Source: a virus
Direction: 5' to 3' (one strand)
Virus record (IMG/VR): IMGVR_UViG_3300032087_002755
Length of the DNA: 64,000 nucleotides
Positions 9,122-19,091 of this stretch are shown here, piece by piece. A model generated the notes under the pieces. That model was not told the origin of the DNA. It was given only the letters and a program-made list of their open reading frames with translations, and ran no database searches. The first letter of the stretch is position 1. Each line of letters opens with the position of its first letter. Made by a program: the position numbers and the translations under genes.

Positions 9122-9868
9122 ATGGAACTCATTTACCATGATGAGTCCTTCAAGTTACAAGACATAGGATTCCCACTTAAAGACATTCACATTGTTGATA
9201 ATTGGTTACCTGTACAAATACACCATTGGATTGATAATACATTTTCTAGAAATCAAATATGGTCTAAACAAAACCAAGTGAATGCTGGTAGTCCTACTGG
9301 ATTACCTCATCATCAGTTTTGGGGTGTTGGACTCTTTGACGCTGGACGGAGTGGAAAGAAGTATGAATATCCTAATTTTGCAAAAGAGATGCACGAAGAT
9401 TCTTGGTCTGAGTTATATGATTGTAGAGCAGTCGCAAGATATTTAGATAGAAAATTACAAACAGACTTTGGTTTTAAGTGGGAAAGATTTCAATACATGG
9501 GACTGAATTCACAAACACAAGGTTTACACGGAACAACACATGCAGATTGTGAAGATGAAGATGAGTGGAATCTATCGTTTTTATATTATACCAATAAGTT
9601 TTGGGAGAAACATTGGGGAGGCCCTTTGAGAATATATGACGAAATGCAACAGGGTTTACATGGTCGTGCAAATCATATAAAGAATCACCAAATTGCAGAA
9701 ATAGAATTTAAACCAAATAGATTGTTAATATTTGACGGAAGAATACCACATGGTGCAGATGCACCTACACCCGAGGCACGTTATATGGACAGAAAGTCCA
9801 TAGTTATTAGAGGCGATGAAATTAGACTGGTAGAAGATGAGGAGTTTTTTAAACAATGCCCACGATAG
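9122..9868 (+). CDS. 2OG-Fe(II) oxygenase (prolyl-hydroxylase-like)
   Basis: HxD (THAD), distal H (IPHGA), R (RKSIV), WGG and 'PNRLLIFDG' motifs. Confidence 0.8.
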   Translation: MELIYHDESFKLQDIGFPLKDIHIVDNWLPVQIHHWIDNTFSRNQIWSKQNQVNAGSPTGLPHHQFWGVGLFDAGRSGKKYEYPNFAKEMHEDSWSELYDCRAVARYLDRKLQTDFGFKWERFQYMGLNSQTQGLHGTTHADCEDEDEWNLSFLYYTNKFWEKHWGGPLRIYDEMQQGLHGRANHIKNHQIAEIEFKPNRLLIFDGRIPHGADAPTPEARYMDRKSIVIRGDEIRLVEDEEFFKQCPR

Positions 9869-10752
9869 AATTTAACACATATAACGAACAAACACTTAAA
9901 GATGTAAAACCCGTTCTTGCAAAATCTGTTTCACCCGATTGGTGGAAACAGATGAAATTTAGTGAATATAATCGTGGAAATCTAATAACAACTATTCGTG
10001 CATGTCCAGCTATGGACGATTGGTTAAAAAGTGGTTGGTATTTACTTGCAAACAGAGATATGATTGTTAAGAATGGTAGTATTACAGATTCAGATGACGA
10101 TGATGAAATTTATATGTCAACACATGAATTTGGTGAAGGTTATGAACACCCTTCACCAGCACACCCTAGTGGTCAAATGGGATATGCATTTCAATATATT
10201 CCTGATGACGAAGCACCAATAAGGGGTGCATTTAAGTTTAGAAATCCATGGAATATTACAACACCGCCTGGATATTCTTGTTTATATCTAGACCCATTTC
10301 TATTTCAAAATAAATTCTTTGCAACATGGCAAGGTATTATTGATACAGACAAGTTTAATGCAAACTATGATAATGCACAAGTAATATTCTATCCTCGTGT
10401 TGGACATTCATTCGTTATACCAAAAGGAACACCTCTTTGTCAAATTATACCATATAAAAGAGAAGAATGGCAAGCCACATACCTTACGTATAAGTCTAAT
10501 GATTGGACAAAGAATAGAAGTCATATTACTAGTAACCGTGAAAATAAAACTATGGACGAGTTTTCAAGAGACCCAGCAACTTCTGATGAATATAGAAAAA
10601 ATGAAATGACAGTTGGTGGTTATCGTGGTGGTAATTTACATTCTAATAAAGGTAAACTATATAAACAAGAGAATCCACCACCCGAGTGTCCTTATCATGT
10701 AAGTGAGGATTCACCCGAAATACAATTGGAGTTAAACTTAAAAGATGATTAG
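9856..10752 (+). CDS. Conserved T4-like marine phage protein often found among 2OG-Fe(II) oxygenase genes
   Basis: 'CPAM.D', 'KF.NPW.I.TPPGYS.L', 'GIIDTD' and 'KGTPLCQIIP.KRE' motifs. Function unknown. Confidence 0.55.
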   Translation: MPTIEFNTYNEQTLKDVKPVLAKSVSPDWWKQMKFSEYNRGNLITTIRACPAMDDWLKSGWYLLANRDMIVKNGSITDSDDDDEIYMSTHEFGEGYEHPSPAHPSGQMGYAFQYIPDDEAPIRGAFKFRNPWNITTPPGYSCLYLDPFLFQNKFFATWQGIIDTDKFNANYDNAQVIFYPRVGHSFVIPKGTPLCQIIPYKREEWQATYLTYKSNDWTKNRSHITSNRENKTMDEFSRDPATSDEYRKNEMTVGGYRGGNLHSNKGKLYKQENPPPECPYHVSEDSPEIQLELNLKDD

Positions 10753-11461
10753 ATTATTATTCCCATATGTCTGTATTGAAAGAGACCTTTTAAAAGAAGG
10801 TGCAATCAGTGAAGACTATATTAAAATTCTCAAAGACGCTGTGGACGGAATGAGAAAGAAAGACACAGTTGGTAGAAGTATTTCTAATCAATACACTGGT
10901 TGGCAGTCAAATGATGGTTGTGAAAGTCACCCAGCATTTCAAAAAATAATGAGGATAATTAAAAACACTTTTGATACTGAATTATTAGATTGGAATGGAC
11001 TTGATAGAGGACAGGTTCAACTAACAATGGGTAATTCATGGGCAAACATAAACGACAATACAGCATGGAATGCTCCACACTTACACAATGGTTGTTGGTA
11101 TAGTGGTGTGTTCTATATCCATGCAGATGGAGACGAAGGAGACTTTATAGCAGTTGATAAAGACCCAAAAGTGGTATCAGACTTTCCACATTCACCAAGA
11201 GAACAAGCAAATTTTAAAGTATCACCAACAACTGGTACATTGTTTCTATTTCCAAGTGGTTTGATGCATATGGTGGAACCCAATATGACTCAAAAAGATA
11301 GATATAGTATTTCCTTCAATATGAATGTCACCTACTTAACTGCTGGTCTACAAGCTAGATTAGGGAATCCTAAAGGATATCACCCCGATGAACTTACTTT
11401 TACTACAGACGAAGACGGGAAATTAGTTCATTTATTTCCACAATTAAACAGTAACGACTAA
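10745..11461 (+). CDS. Putative 2OG-Fe(II) oxygenase (TIGR02466-like)
   Basis: 'SWANIN', 'HLH...SGVFY', 'LFPSGLMHMVEPN' and 'RYSISFN' motifs. Confidence 0.8.
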   Translation: MIRLLFPYVCIERDLLKEGAISEDYIKILKDAVDGMRKKDTVGRSISNQYTGWQSNDGCESHPAFQKIMRIIKNTFDTELLDWNGLDRGQVQLTMGNSWANINDNTAWNAPHLHNGCWYSGVFYIHADGDEGDFIAVDKDPKVVSDFPHSPREQANFKVSPTTGTLFLFPSGLMHMVEPNMTQKDRYSISFNMNVTYLTAGLQARLGNPKGYHPDELTFTTDEDGKLVHLFPQLNSND

Positions 11462-11482
11462 TCGACTTTCATAAATACTGGT

Positions 11483-11743
11483 ATGGAAATAGTAGTATCA
11501 CCTTATATCTTGTGGAATGTCATTATGACAGTCGTAATCCTACCCATAGGTTTCTTAGTTAGAAATGTTCTATCAGAACAAAAAAGAATTGATATCTTAA
11601 TCAATAAAACACGTGAAGAAATTGCAAGAGATTATGCAACAAGAGAACAGATTGAAGCTGATTTTCAAAGAATTTTGGACTCAATCAACAATATAGATGC
11701 AAAGATAGACAGACTGCAAAACAAAACGTATTTCCAAGATTAA
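11483..11743 (+). CDS. Small membrane-anchored coiled-coil protein
   Basis: N-terminal hydrophobic helix. CATAAATA late box at 11470. Confidence 0.6.
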   Translation: MEIVVSPYILWNVIMTVVILPIGFLVRNVLSEQKRIDILINKTREEIARDYATREQIEADFQRILDSINNIDAKIDRLQNKTYFQD

Positions 11744-11749
11744 AATCGT

Positions 11750-11757
11750 TATAAATA
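11750..11757 (+). promoter_or_regulatory. T4-type late promoter
   Basis: TATAAATA upstream of gp13. Confidence 0.8.
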
Positions 11758-11779
11758 GTAGTATAACAGGAATACTACT

Positions 11780-12595
11780 ATGGCAGAACCAAATTCAAAA
11801 GCAACCTTTAAAGAGTATATAAAAAGAAAACTTGGAGCTCCTGTTCTAGAAATCAACGTGGACGATGACCAATTTGACGATAGAATGGACGAAGCACTCC
11901 AGTATTTCCGTGAATATCACTACGATGGTTCGATAAAAACATATCTTAAACACCAAATCACTCAGGCAGAGATTGATTCATTTAAAACGAATGAAACTCA
12001 TAATGCAGCGACAACTGGAACACAAGCAATCTCAGGTCAAACTTATGGAGAAGGTCAAAACTACATTACACTACCCGAGCATGTGTTAAGTGTAATCAAT
12101 ATTTTCCCTTTCAATTCGGGTCAGACTTCAAGTATGTTTGATATTCAGTATCAATTAAGATTAAATGATTTATGGGATTTAACGTCAACGAGTGTTTTAT
12201 ATTACTCACAAGTTCAATCACACCTTTCAATGTTAAACGACATATTGGTAGGTCAGATACCTATTAGATATAATATGCACTCTAACAGACTCTACATGGA
12301 CTACAGTGCAAGTAAATTGAGTGCTGGTGAGTATATCATTATTGAGTGTTATAGAAAATTAGACCCAACAGATATGACTGATATCTACAATGATATGTGG
12401 TTGAAAAAATATGCAACTGCATTAGTTAAGTATCAGTGGGGTGAAAACTTATCGAAGTTTTCGGGTATTGCACTTCCAGGCGGGGTAACACTTGACGGTT
12501 CTGCAATGAAACAAGAAGCACAAGACGAGATAACTAAATTAGAAGAAGAATCCCGACTGAATTTTGAGATGCCAGTCATGGATATGATGGGGTAA
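11780..12595 (+). CDS. gp13: Neck protein gp13
   Basis: 'LGAPVLEINVDDDQ' and 'WLKKYATALVKYQWGENLSKF.G..LPGGVTL'; synteny. Confidence 0.92.
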   Translation: MAEPNSKATFKEYIKRKLGAPVLEINVDDDQFDDRMDEALQYFREYHYDGSIKTYLKHQITQAEIDSFKTNETHNAATTGTQAISGQTYGEGQNYITLPEHVLSVINIFPFNSGQTSSMFDIQYQLRLNDLWDLTSTSVLYYSQVQSHLSMLNDILVGQIPIRYNMHSNRLYMDYSASKLSAGEYIIIECYRKLDPTDMTDIYNDMWLKKYATALVKYQWGENLSKFSGIALPGGVTLDGSAMKQEAQDEITKLEEESRLNFEMPVMDMMG

Positions 12596-12599
12596 TTGA

Positions 12600-13442
12600 A
12601 TGCCTACAAATGTATTTTTTAACCATGCAGTAAATACTGAACAACACCTTTATGAGGATTTGGTTGTTGAGTCACTTAGAATGTATGGTCATGAAACTTA
12701 TTATCTACCAAGAGAGATTGTAGAAGAGGATTCTATACTAGGAGAAGACGTACAATCAACTTTTGGTGATGCATATTCAGTTGAAATGTACTTAGAAAAT
12801 ACTGAAGGTTTCGAAGGAGAAGGAGACCTCATGTCTAAGTTTGGTGTCCAAGTAAGAGACCAAGCTACCTTTGTTCTTTCTTTGAGAACATGGGAGAGAT
12901 TCATATCATTAGACTCCAATCTTGCAACATCACTAAGACCCAATGAAGGAGACTTAATATACTTCCCTCTTAGTGGTTCAATGTTTGAAATCAAATTCGT
13001 AGAACACGAAGACCCATTCTATCAAGTTGGAAAACTATTTGTATTTAAATTACAGTGTGAACTATTTGAATATAGTGGAGAAGATTTTGATACTGGTACA
13101 GGTGCAGACTTAATAGAACTAGACCAAGCATATTCATTAGGATTGACAATGAATGGTACAACAGCATACAATATTGGTGAGAACGTAACTAAAGGTGGAG
13201 TTGTGGTTGGTGAGGTTCAGACCTCATTAGGTAATGCAACCACACTTATACATAATTCTGCAACACTTACAGTTGGAGATACACTTGTTGGTGTAGATTC
13301 GGGTGTATCAGATACAATTGCAGCTATCAATGACGTATTGAATATGAACAACGATGGTTCTGCACAAAACAAAGACTTCGAAGATAAAGCAGATAATTAC
13401 TTAGACTTCTCAGAGACGAACCCTTTCGGTGAGGTTACGTAA
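12600..13442 (+). CDS. gp14: Neck protein gp14
   Basis: 'EQ.LYEDLVVESL..YG', 'RPNEGDLIYFP', 'FEIKFVEHE.PFYQ.GK'. Confidence 0.92.
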   Translation: MPTNVFFNHAVNTEQHLYEDLVVESLRMYGHETYYLPREIVEEDSILGEDVQSTFGDAYSVEMYLENTEGFEGEGDLMSKFGVQVRDQATFVLSLRTWERFISLDSNLATSLRPNEGDLIYFPLSGSMFEIKFVEHEDPFYQVGKLFVFKLQCELFEYSGEDFDTGTGADLIELDQAYSLGLTMNGTTAYNIGENVTKGGVVVGEVQTSLGNATTLIHNSATLTVGDTLVGVDSGVSDTIAAINDVLNMNNDGSAQNKDFEDKADNYLDFSETNPFGEVT

Positions 13443-14479
13443 TGTTTGGAACACATTTTTATAATGAAACAATTAAGAGAGCCGTGTCTATCTTTGGAAC
13501 ACTGTTTAATAATATTACATTAAAGAAAACAAAGGAAGACGGAACTGTATTAAGTATAGTTAAAGTTCCTATATCATACGGCCCAAAACAAAAGTTCCTT
13601 GAAAGACTACAAGAAGAACCAAACCTTTCTGATAATAATAGAAGTGCAATATCATTACCAAGAATTGCATTCGAACTTGGTGGTTTTGAATATGACCCCA
13701 CAAGACAACAAAACAAATTAATAAGACATTCAAAATCTGAATTAGATGCAGATAATGTAAAACGTTCTTATCAATACAATCCAGCACCATACAATTTAAA
13801 CTTTACACTTAGTATTCTTGCAAAGAATATGAATGATGCATTACAGATTGTAGAACAAATTTTACCATATTTTCAACCCGAATATACAGTCACAATGAAA
13901 ATGATTGACTCTATGTCAGATACTAGAGACGTTCCAATAACACTGAATAGTGTTGCAATGGAAGACACATATGAAGGTGGATTTGAAGAAAGACGTGTTA
14001 TTGAATACACACTAGAATTTACTATGAAATTATACTTCTTCGGCCCTGTTTACACTGGAAACATTATTAAGAGTGTTATTGAGAGAGAATACATTAACAC
14101 TGGTAATGCAAGTTTCACAACTTCAGAAATTAATTCAAGTGGATTGGTCAAAGAGGTTAAACATTATGAACCTGCGTTTGCAGAGATATGTAATGCAGTG
14201 TCAAACTCCACAACAATCACTTTTGCAAATGCAATAAATACAAAGATAAGTGTAAATGACGAAGTATTTGGAACAGGAAATGCAACCAATCCAACAGTAT
14301 CTTCAATTGCAAGTGATAAATTATCAATCGTAGTGTCAAGTGCAGTTACAATAGATGCAAACACTACACTTAAATTTGTAGGTTCAGTAGACCCAACAGA
14401 TACATTCGTTGTTGCAGAAACAGTGACATTTTATGATGACGGTGCTAAAGAAAGCTTTAGTGAAACCAATGACAATTAA
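13442..14479 (+). CDS. gp15: Tail sheath stabilizer / terminator gp15
   Basis: 'FGTLFNNI', 'VPISYGPKQKFL', 'QIVEQILPYFQP'. Confidence 0.92.
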   Translation: MFGTHFYNETIKRAVSIFGTLFNNITLKKTKEDGTVLSIVKVPISYGPKQKFLERLQEEPNLSDNNRSAISLPRIAFELGGFEYDPTRQQNKLIRHSKSELDADNVKRSYQYNPAPYNLNFTLSILAKNMNDALQIVEQILPYFQPEYTVTMKMIDSMSDTRDVPITLNSVAMEDTYEGGFEERRVIEYTLEFTMKLYFFGPVYTGNIIKSVIEREYINTGNASFTTSEINSSGLVKEVKHYEPAFAEICNAVSNSTTITFANAINTKISVNDEVFGTGNATNPTVSSIASDKLSIVVSSAVTIDANTTLKFVGSVDPTDTFVVAETVTFYDDGAKESFSETNDN

Positions 14480-14481
14480 AT

Positions 14482-14889
14482 ATGACAAAAGAACCAATAG
14501 ATGATAAGTTAAATTCTCTCTTAGATATTAACACCAGTCTCAAAAAAGAAACTGCAGTAGTCAAACTACCCTCTAGAGCAGAGAACATGGAAACGGACTA
14601 TAGATATGCTCGTGAGAACCTCTACAACCTCGTAGAGAGGGGTCAAGATGCAATCGATGGAATACTTGAACTATCCAAAGAAACCGAACACCCACGTGCA
14701 TATGAAGTCGCAGGACAGTTGATAAAGACTGTAGCCGATACTGCAGAGAAACTACTAGACGTTCAGAAAAAAATTAAAGATTTAGAAAAAGAGGACGAAC
14801 AAAGAATAGGTAAAGTTGAAAATCACCTATACGTTGGTTCTACTTCAGAACTGCAAAAGTTTTTGAAGAAAGAAAAGAAAAATGACTGA
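14482..14889 (+). CDS. gp16: Terminase small subunit gp16
   Basis: 'DY.YARENLY', 'HPRAYEVAGQLIK', 'VGSTSELQK'. Confidence 0.9.
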   Translation: MTKEPIDDKLNSLLDINTSLKKETAVVKLPSRAENMETDYRYARENLYNLVERGQDAIDGILELSKETEHPRAYEVAGQLIKTVADTAEKLLDVQKKIKDLEKEDEQRIGKVENHLYVGSTSELQKFLKKEKKND

Positions 14890-16483
14890 TTCAAAAAATG
14901 AAGGTTATCTAGGTAATAATCTAATCAAAAGAGCTGGGATTGAAACCCAGTATACTAAAAAACAGATGGCAGAATACTTAAAGTGTTCTGAAGAACCTGC
15001 TCATTTTATAGAAAATTATACACAAATTATATCACTGGACGAGGGTATGGTTCCCTTTACACTTCGTGGATATCAAGAAGACCTAATCAAACACTATGAT
15101 AAAAACCGTTTCAATGTGGTTCTTGCAAGTAGACAGAGTGGTAAATCAATTACTTCTTGTGCATATTTGTTATGGTTCTTACTATTTAAACCCGAAGTCA
15201 CTGTAGCAGTTCTTGCTAACAAAGGTGCAATTGCAAGGGAAATGATTGCACGTATCGTAACCATGTTAGAGTCTGTTCCATTCTTCCTACAGCCTGGTGT
15301 TAAGATTCTAAACAAAGGGTCAATAGAATTTGCAAATGATAGTAAAGTCGTTGCAGCTGCAACTTCTTCAAGTTCAATTCGTGGACTATCAATTAACTTA
15401 CTATATCTAGACGAGTTTGCATTCGTAGACGATGCAGAGACATTCTATACTGCAACATATCCCGTGGTCACATCAGGTAAAGACTCAAAGGTTATTATTA
15501 CCTCAACTGCAAACGGTGTGGGTAATATGTTCCACAAGATATATGAAAGTGCAGTACACGAACAATCGGAATATAAATCCTTTCTTATCAACTGGTATGA
15601 CGTGCCAGGCAGAGACGAGGAATGGAAGAAAGAAACTATTGCAAACACTTCAGAAGCACAATTTGAACAAGAGTATGGTAACAGTTTCTTAGGAACAGGT
15701 AATACACTTATCAATTCTAATACACTACTTGGTATGAGAGCGTTAGAACCTGATTGGAATAAAGACAATCTGTTTCTTTATGAAAAACCAAAAGAAGGTC
15801 ATAGATATGTTTGTACGGTAGACGTATCTAAGGGTAGAGGTATGGACTTCTCTTCGTTTACAATTATAGATGTGACTACAAGTCCCTTTAAACAAGTGTG
15901 TTGCTATAGAGATAATATGATAAGTCCTCTTCTCTTCCCCGATATTATAAATAAGTATGTTAAACATTATAATGAACCAATCGTTATTATTGAAAATAAT
16001 GCAGAGGGTGGAACAGTAGCAAATCAATTGCACTATGACATAGAATATCCGAATGTTTTTGTCCAAGGACAATTAAAAGCGGAAGACATAGGAGTGACTA
16101 TGTCCCGTAAAATTAAACGTATCGGTTGTTCCACACTGAAAGAGTTATTAGAAGAGAATAGACTTATCCTTAACGATAGACACACGATTACAGAACTTAT
16201 GACTTTTGTCCATAAGGGAAATAGTTGGGAAGCGGATAGAGGTTATAATGACGATATGGTCATGAATTTGGTGTTATTCAGTTGGTTTGTAACGACTGAA
16301 TACTTTTATCATTTAACAGATACACAAGTTAAAGATTTATTGTATTCAGAACAACAAAGGTTAATCGAAGATGATTTACTACCAGCTGGTATATTTGACG
16401 GGGAGACCCAGTCAGATACCTTTGTGGACACTGAAGGAGACCGTTGGTATCATAAAAATATGGATATACCAATTAAATTATAG
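14882..16483 (+). CDS. gp17: Terminase large subunit gp17
   Basis: Walker A SRQSGKS, Walker B LYLDEFAF, 'ITSTANG', and nuclease motifs 'DVSKGRGMDFS' and 'DDMVM'. Confidence 0.96.
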   Translation: MTDSKNEGYLGNNLIKRAGIETQYTKKQMAEYLKCSEEPAHFIENYTQIISLDEGMVPFTLRGYQEDLIKHYDKNRFNVVLASRQSGKSITSCAYLLWFLLFKPEVTVAVLANKGAIAREMIARIVTMLESVPFFLQPGVKILNKGSIEFANDSKVVAAATSSSSIRGLSINLLYLDEFAFVDDAETFYTATYPVVTSGKDSKVIITSTANGVGNMFHKIYESAVHEQSEYKSFLINWYDVPGRDEEWKKETIANTSEAQFEQEYGNSFLGTGNTLINSNTLLGMRALEPDWNKDNLFLYEKPKEGHRYVCTVDVSKGRGMDFSSFTIIDVTTSPFKQVCCYRDNMISPLLFPDIINKYVKHYNEPIVIIENNAEGGTVANQLHYDIEYPNVFVQGQLKAEDIGVTMSRKIKRIGCSTLKELLEENRLILNDRHTITELMTFVHKGNSWEADRGYNDDMVMNLVLFSWFVTTEYFYHLTDTQVKDLLYSEQQRLIEDDLLPAGIFDGETQSDTFVDTEGDRWYHKNMDIPIKL

Positions 16484-16502
16484 TTGTTGGGTTATTTAAA
16501 GT

Positions 16503-16510
16503 TATAAATA
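16503..16510 (+). promoter_or_regulatory. T4-type late promoter
   Basis: TATAAATA upstream of gp18. Confidence 0.85.
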
Positions 16511-16549
16511 AAACAGTAAACAACTTTTTACATTAACAGGAGTAAAAGT

Positions 16550-18538
16550 ATGGCATTTCAAGTATCACCAGGCGTTCAGGTCTCCGAGATAGACCTGACT
16601 AATGTTGTTCCAGCCGTTTCATCGACTACAGGTGCATTTGCTGGACATTTCCAATGGGGCCCTGTTGGTGAAGTAGTAACAGTTTCAGATTCAAAGGGTT
16701 TAGTTGATAATTTCTATCAACCTGCTAATTCCGACGCTGGAGCAGAGGACTTCTATTCAGCGGAAGCATTTCTAAAGTATGGTTCATCACTTAGAGTCGT
16801 TAGAATCAACACATCTCAATTAAACAATGCAAACTCATCAAGTGGGACTGCATTACTAAAGAACAATGACGATTATGTCAATACTTACCAAGACGGTTCA
16901 CAAGCTGGAACAGTTGGTAATTGGACTGCAAAATACGCAGGTTCTTTAGGAAACTCATTAAAAGTATCAGTATGTGGGTCTTCAGACGCATATTTCAATG
17001 ATGCAGTAACAACAACCTCTTCACAAGAGTCAGTTGGACAGACAACCATTTCGGTTACTGATTCATCAGTTTTCTTTGTAAGAGACATTGTTAAGTTTGC
17101 TGGTCATAATACTGAATACAGAGTAACTTCAAAACCCGATGGAACTTCAATAGTAGTTGAAGCAATCGGTCAACCTGCTGGAACAGGTCTAACTGCATTA
17201 GTTGCCTCAGGTGCTAACGTAGATAGATATTGGGAATTCTACAGTTCATTCGATAAAGCACCTGCTACATCGGGTACTGCAACTGCCGCTGGTGGTTCAG
17301 CTGACGAAATTCACATAGTAGTTTCAGACGAAGACGGAGAATTCTCAGGAATTAAAAACACAATTTTAGAAACTTATGGTTTCGTATCACTTGCATCAGA
17401 TAGTAAAGACAGTCAAGGACAATCAAACTACTACAAAAACGTAGTTGCAAGAAGTTCAGACTACATTTACTGGTCAGGTCATTCAACAGACCTACTTACA
17501 ACTGCAAATGAAACAAGAACACACTTACAATCTGCTACAACAGCTTTTGGAAGACCTTCTTCAGTTATAATTTCATCACTTGGTGGTGGAGTAGACGGAA
17601 GAGTTCCTACTGCTGGTGAGAAATATGGTGCATATCAAGACCATTTCGGTGATGCAGAAACAGTAGACGTGTCATTCTTAATCGTAGGTTCAACAAGAAC
17701 AGATAATGGTTCAGGAGTTTCACAAGACATTCTTGCAGACCACAATTCAATTGTTAACCAAATTATTCAAATTGCAGAAAACAGAAAAGACTGCATGGTT
17801 ATATGTTCACCTAGACGTGCATCAGTAGTTGGTGTATCAAGTGAATCAACACAATCAACAAACGTTATTGCTGACTACGCTTCAGTCACTTCTTCCTCAT
17901 ATGCAGTGTTAGACAGTGGTTGGGTGTACCAATATGATAGATATAACGACAAATACTGCTACGTGCCCTCTAACGGTCATACAGCAGGTATTATGGCAAG
18001 GTCAGACTTATTAAGAGACCCATGGTTTTCACCTGCTGGTTTCTCAAGAGGTCAATACCTAGGTATTACTAAACTTGCGTTCAATCCTTCACAATCATCT
18101 AGAGATGACTTATATCGTGCAAGGATTAATCCAATTGTTACCTTCCCAGGCCAAGGTACAGTATTATTTGGAGATAAAACAGCACTAACTTCACCTTCTG
18201 CCTTTGATAGAATCAACGTAAGAAGGTTGTTCATAGTATTAGAAAAAGCAATCGCAGTTGCAGCGAAATCACAACTCTTTGAATTCAACGATGCATTCAC
18301 AAGAGCTCAGTTCCGTGCTGCTGTAGAACCTTTCCTAAGAGACGTTAAGAACAGACGAGGTCTAGTAGACTTCTCAGTATTATGTGATGAAACTAACAAC
18401 ACTGATACAGTTATAGATAGAAATGAATTTGTATGTTCTATCTTTGTGAAACCTGCTAGAAGTATTAATTTTATAACTTTAAACTTTGTTGCTGCTAGAA
18501 GTGGTGTCGAGTTTGAAGAAATTTACAGTGCAGTTTAA
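16550..18538 (+). CDS. gp18: Tail sheath protein gp18
   Basis: 'SPGVQVSEIDLT', 'PWFSPAG..RG', 'FDRINVRRLF', 'KPARSINFITLNF'. Confidence 0.96.
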   Translation: MAFQVSPGVQVSEIDLTNVVPAVSSTTGAFAGHFQWGPVGEVVTVSDSKGLVDNFYQPANSDAGAEDFYSAEAFLKYGSSLRVVRINTSQLNNANSSSGTALLKNNDDYVNTYQDGSQAGTVGNWTAKYAGSLGNSLKVSVCGSSDAYFNDAVTTTSSQESVGQTTISVTDSSVFFVRDIVKFAGHNTEYRVTSKPDGTSIVVEAIGQPAGTGLTALVASGANVDRYWEFYSSFDKAPATSGTATAAGGSADEIHIVVSDEDGEFSGIKNTILETYGFVSLASDSKDSQGQSNYYKNVVARSSDYIYWSGHSTDLLTTANETRTHLQSATTAFGRPSSVIISSLGGGVDGRVPTAGEKYGAYQDHFGDAETVDVSFLIVGSTRTDNGSGVSQDILADHNSIVNQIIQIAENRKDCMVICSPRRASVVGVSSESTQSTNVIADYASVTSSSYAVLDSGWVYQYDRYNDKYCYVPSNGHTAGIMARSDLLRDPWFSPAGFSRGQYLGITKLAFNPSQSSRDDLYRARINPIVTFPGQGTVLFGDKTALTSPSAFDRINVRRLFIVLEKAIAVAAKSQLFEFNDAFTRAQFRAAVEPFLRDVKNRRGLVDFSVLCDETNNTDTVIDRNEFVCSIFVKPARSINFITLNFVAARSGVEFEEIYSAV

Positions 18539-18548
18539 GGAGAAATAA

Positions 18549-19046
18549 ATGGCAACTATAGACCAATTTAAAGCACAACTTATCGGTGGAGGCCCACGTG
18601 CTAACCGATTTAAAGTTTTTATACCAAGAGCTGGTAATAAGATTGAGTTCTTATGTAAAGCTGCTAATATCCCAGCAGGAACTTTAGGAGAAGTTGTAGT
18701 TCCTTTCAGAGGACACAATCTTAAACTTGCTGGTGAGAGAACATTCGAAGATTGGCAGATTACAGTAATCAACGATGTTGAGTTCTCAGTAAGAAGTGGT
18801 CTAGAAGCATGGCAAGAAGAGATTCAAGCTATGGATAGTGGAGAAGGTTCAACCTCTACAGACTATCTTATTTCTAGAGCCTTTGTAGAACAATTAAACA
18901 AAGATGATTCTGTCCTTGCGAGATACGAGTTTTTCAACATGTTCCCTAAAAATATAGGTGCAATCGAACTATCTTACGATACAGTTGATGCACTTGAGGA
19001 ATTTACAGTTGACTTTACTTTTTCTCACTGGGAAAGAGTTCAATAA
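18549..19046 (+). CDS. gp19: Tail tube protein gp19
   Basis: 'GGPRANRF', 'FRG..LKLAGERTFEDW.ITV.ND'. Confidence 0.95.
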   Translation: MATIDQFKAQLIGGGPRANRFKVFIPRAGNKIEFLCKAANIPAGTLGEVVVPFRGHNLKLAGERTFEDWQITVINDVEFSVRSGLEAWQEEIQAMDSGEGSTSTDYLISRAFVEQLNKDDSVLARYEFFNMFPKNIGAIELSYDTVDALEEFTVDFTFSHWERVQ

Positions 19047-19078
19047 CGTTTACCGTGAAAAAGACCACTATAATGTGG

Positions 19079-19086
19079 TATAAATA
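19079..19086 (+). promoter_or_regulatory. Late promoter, probably giving a leaderless portal mRNA
   Basis: TATAAATA ends 5 nt before ATG 19092, with no SD. Confidence 0.75.
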
Positions 19087-19091
19087 TTAGT

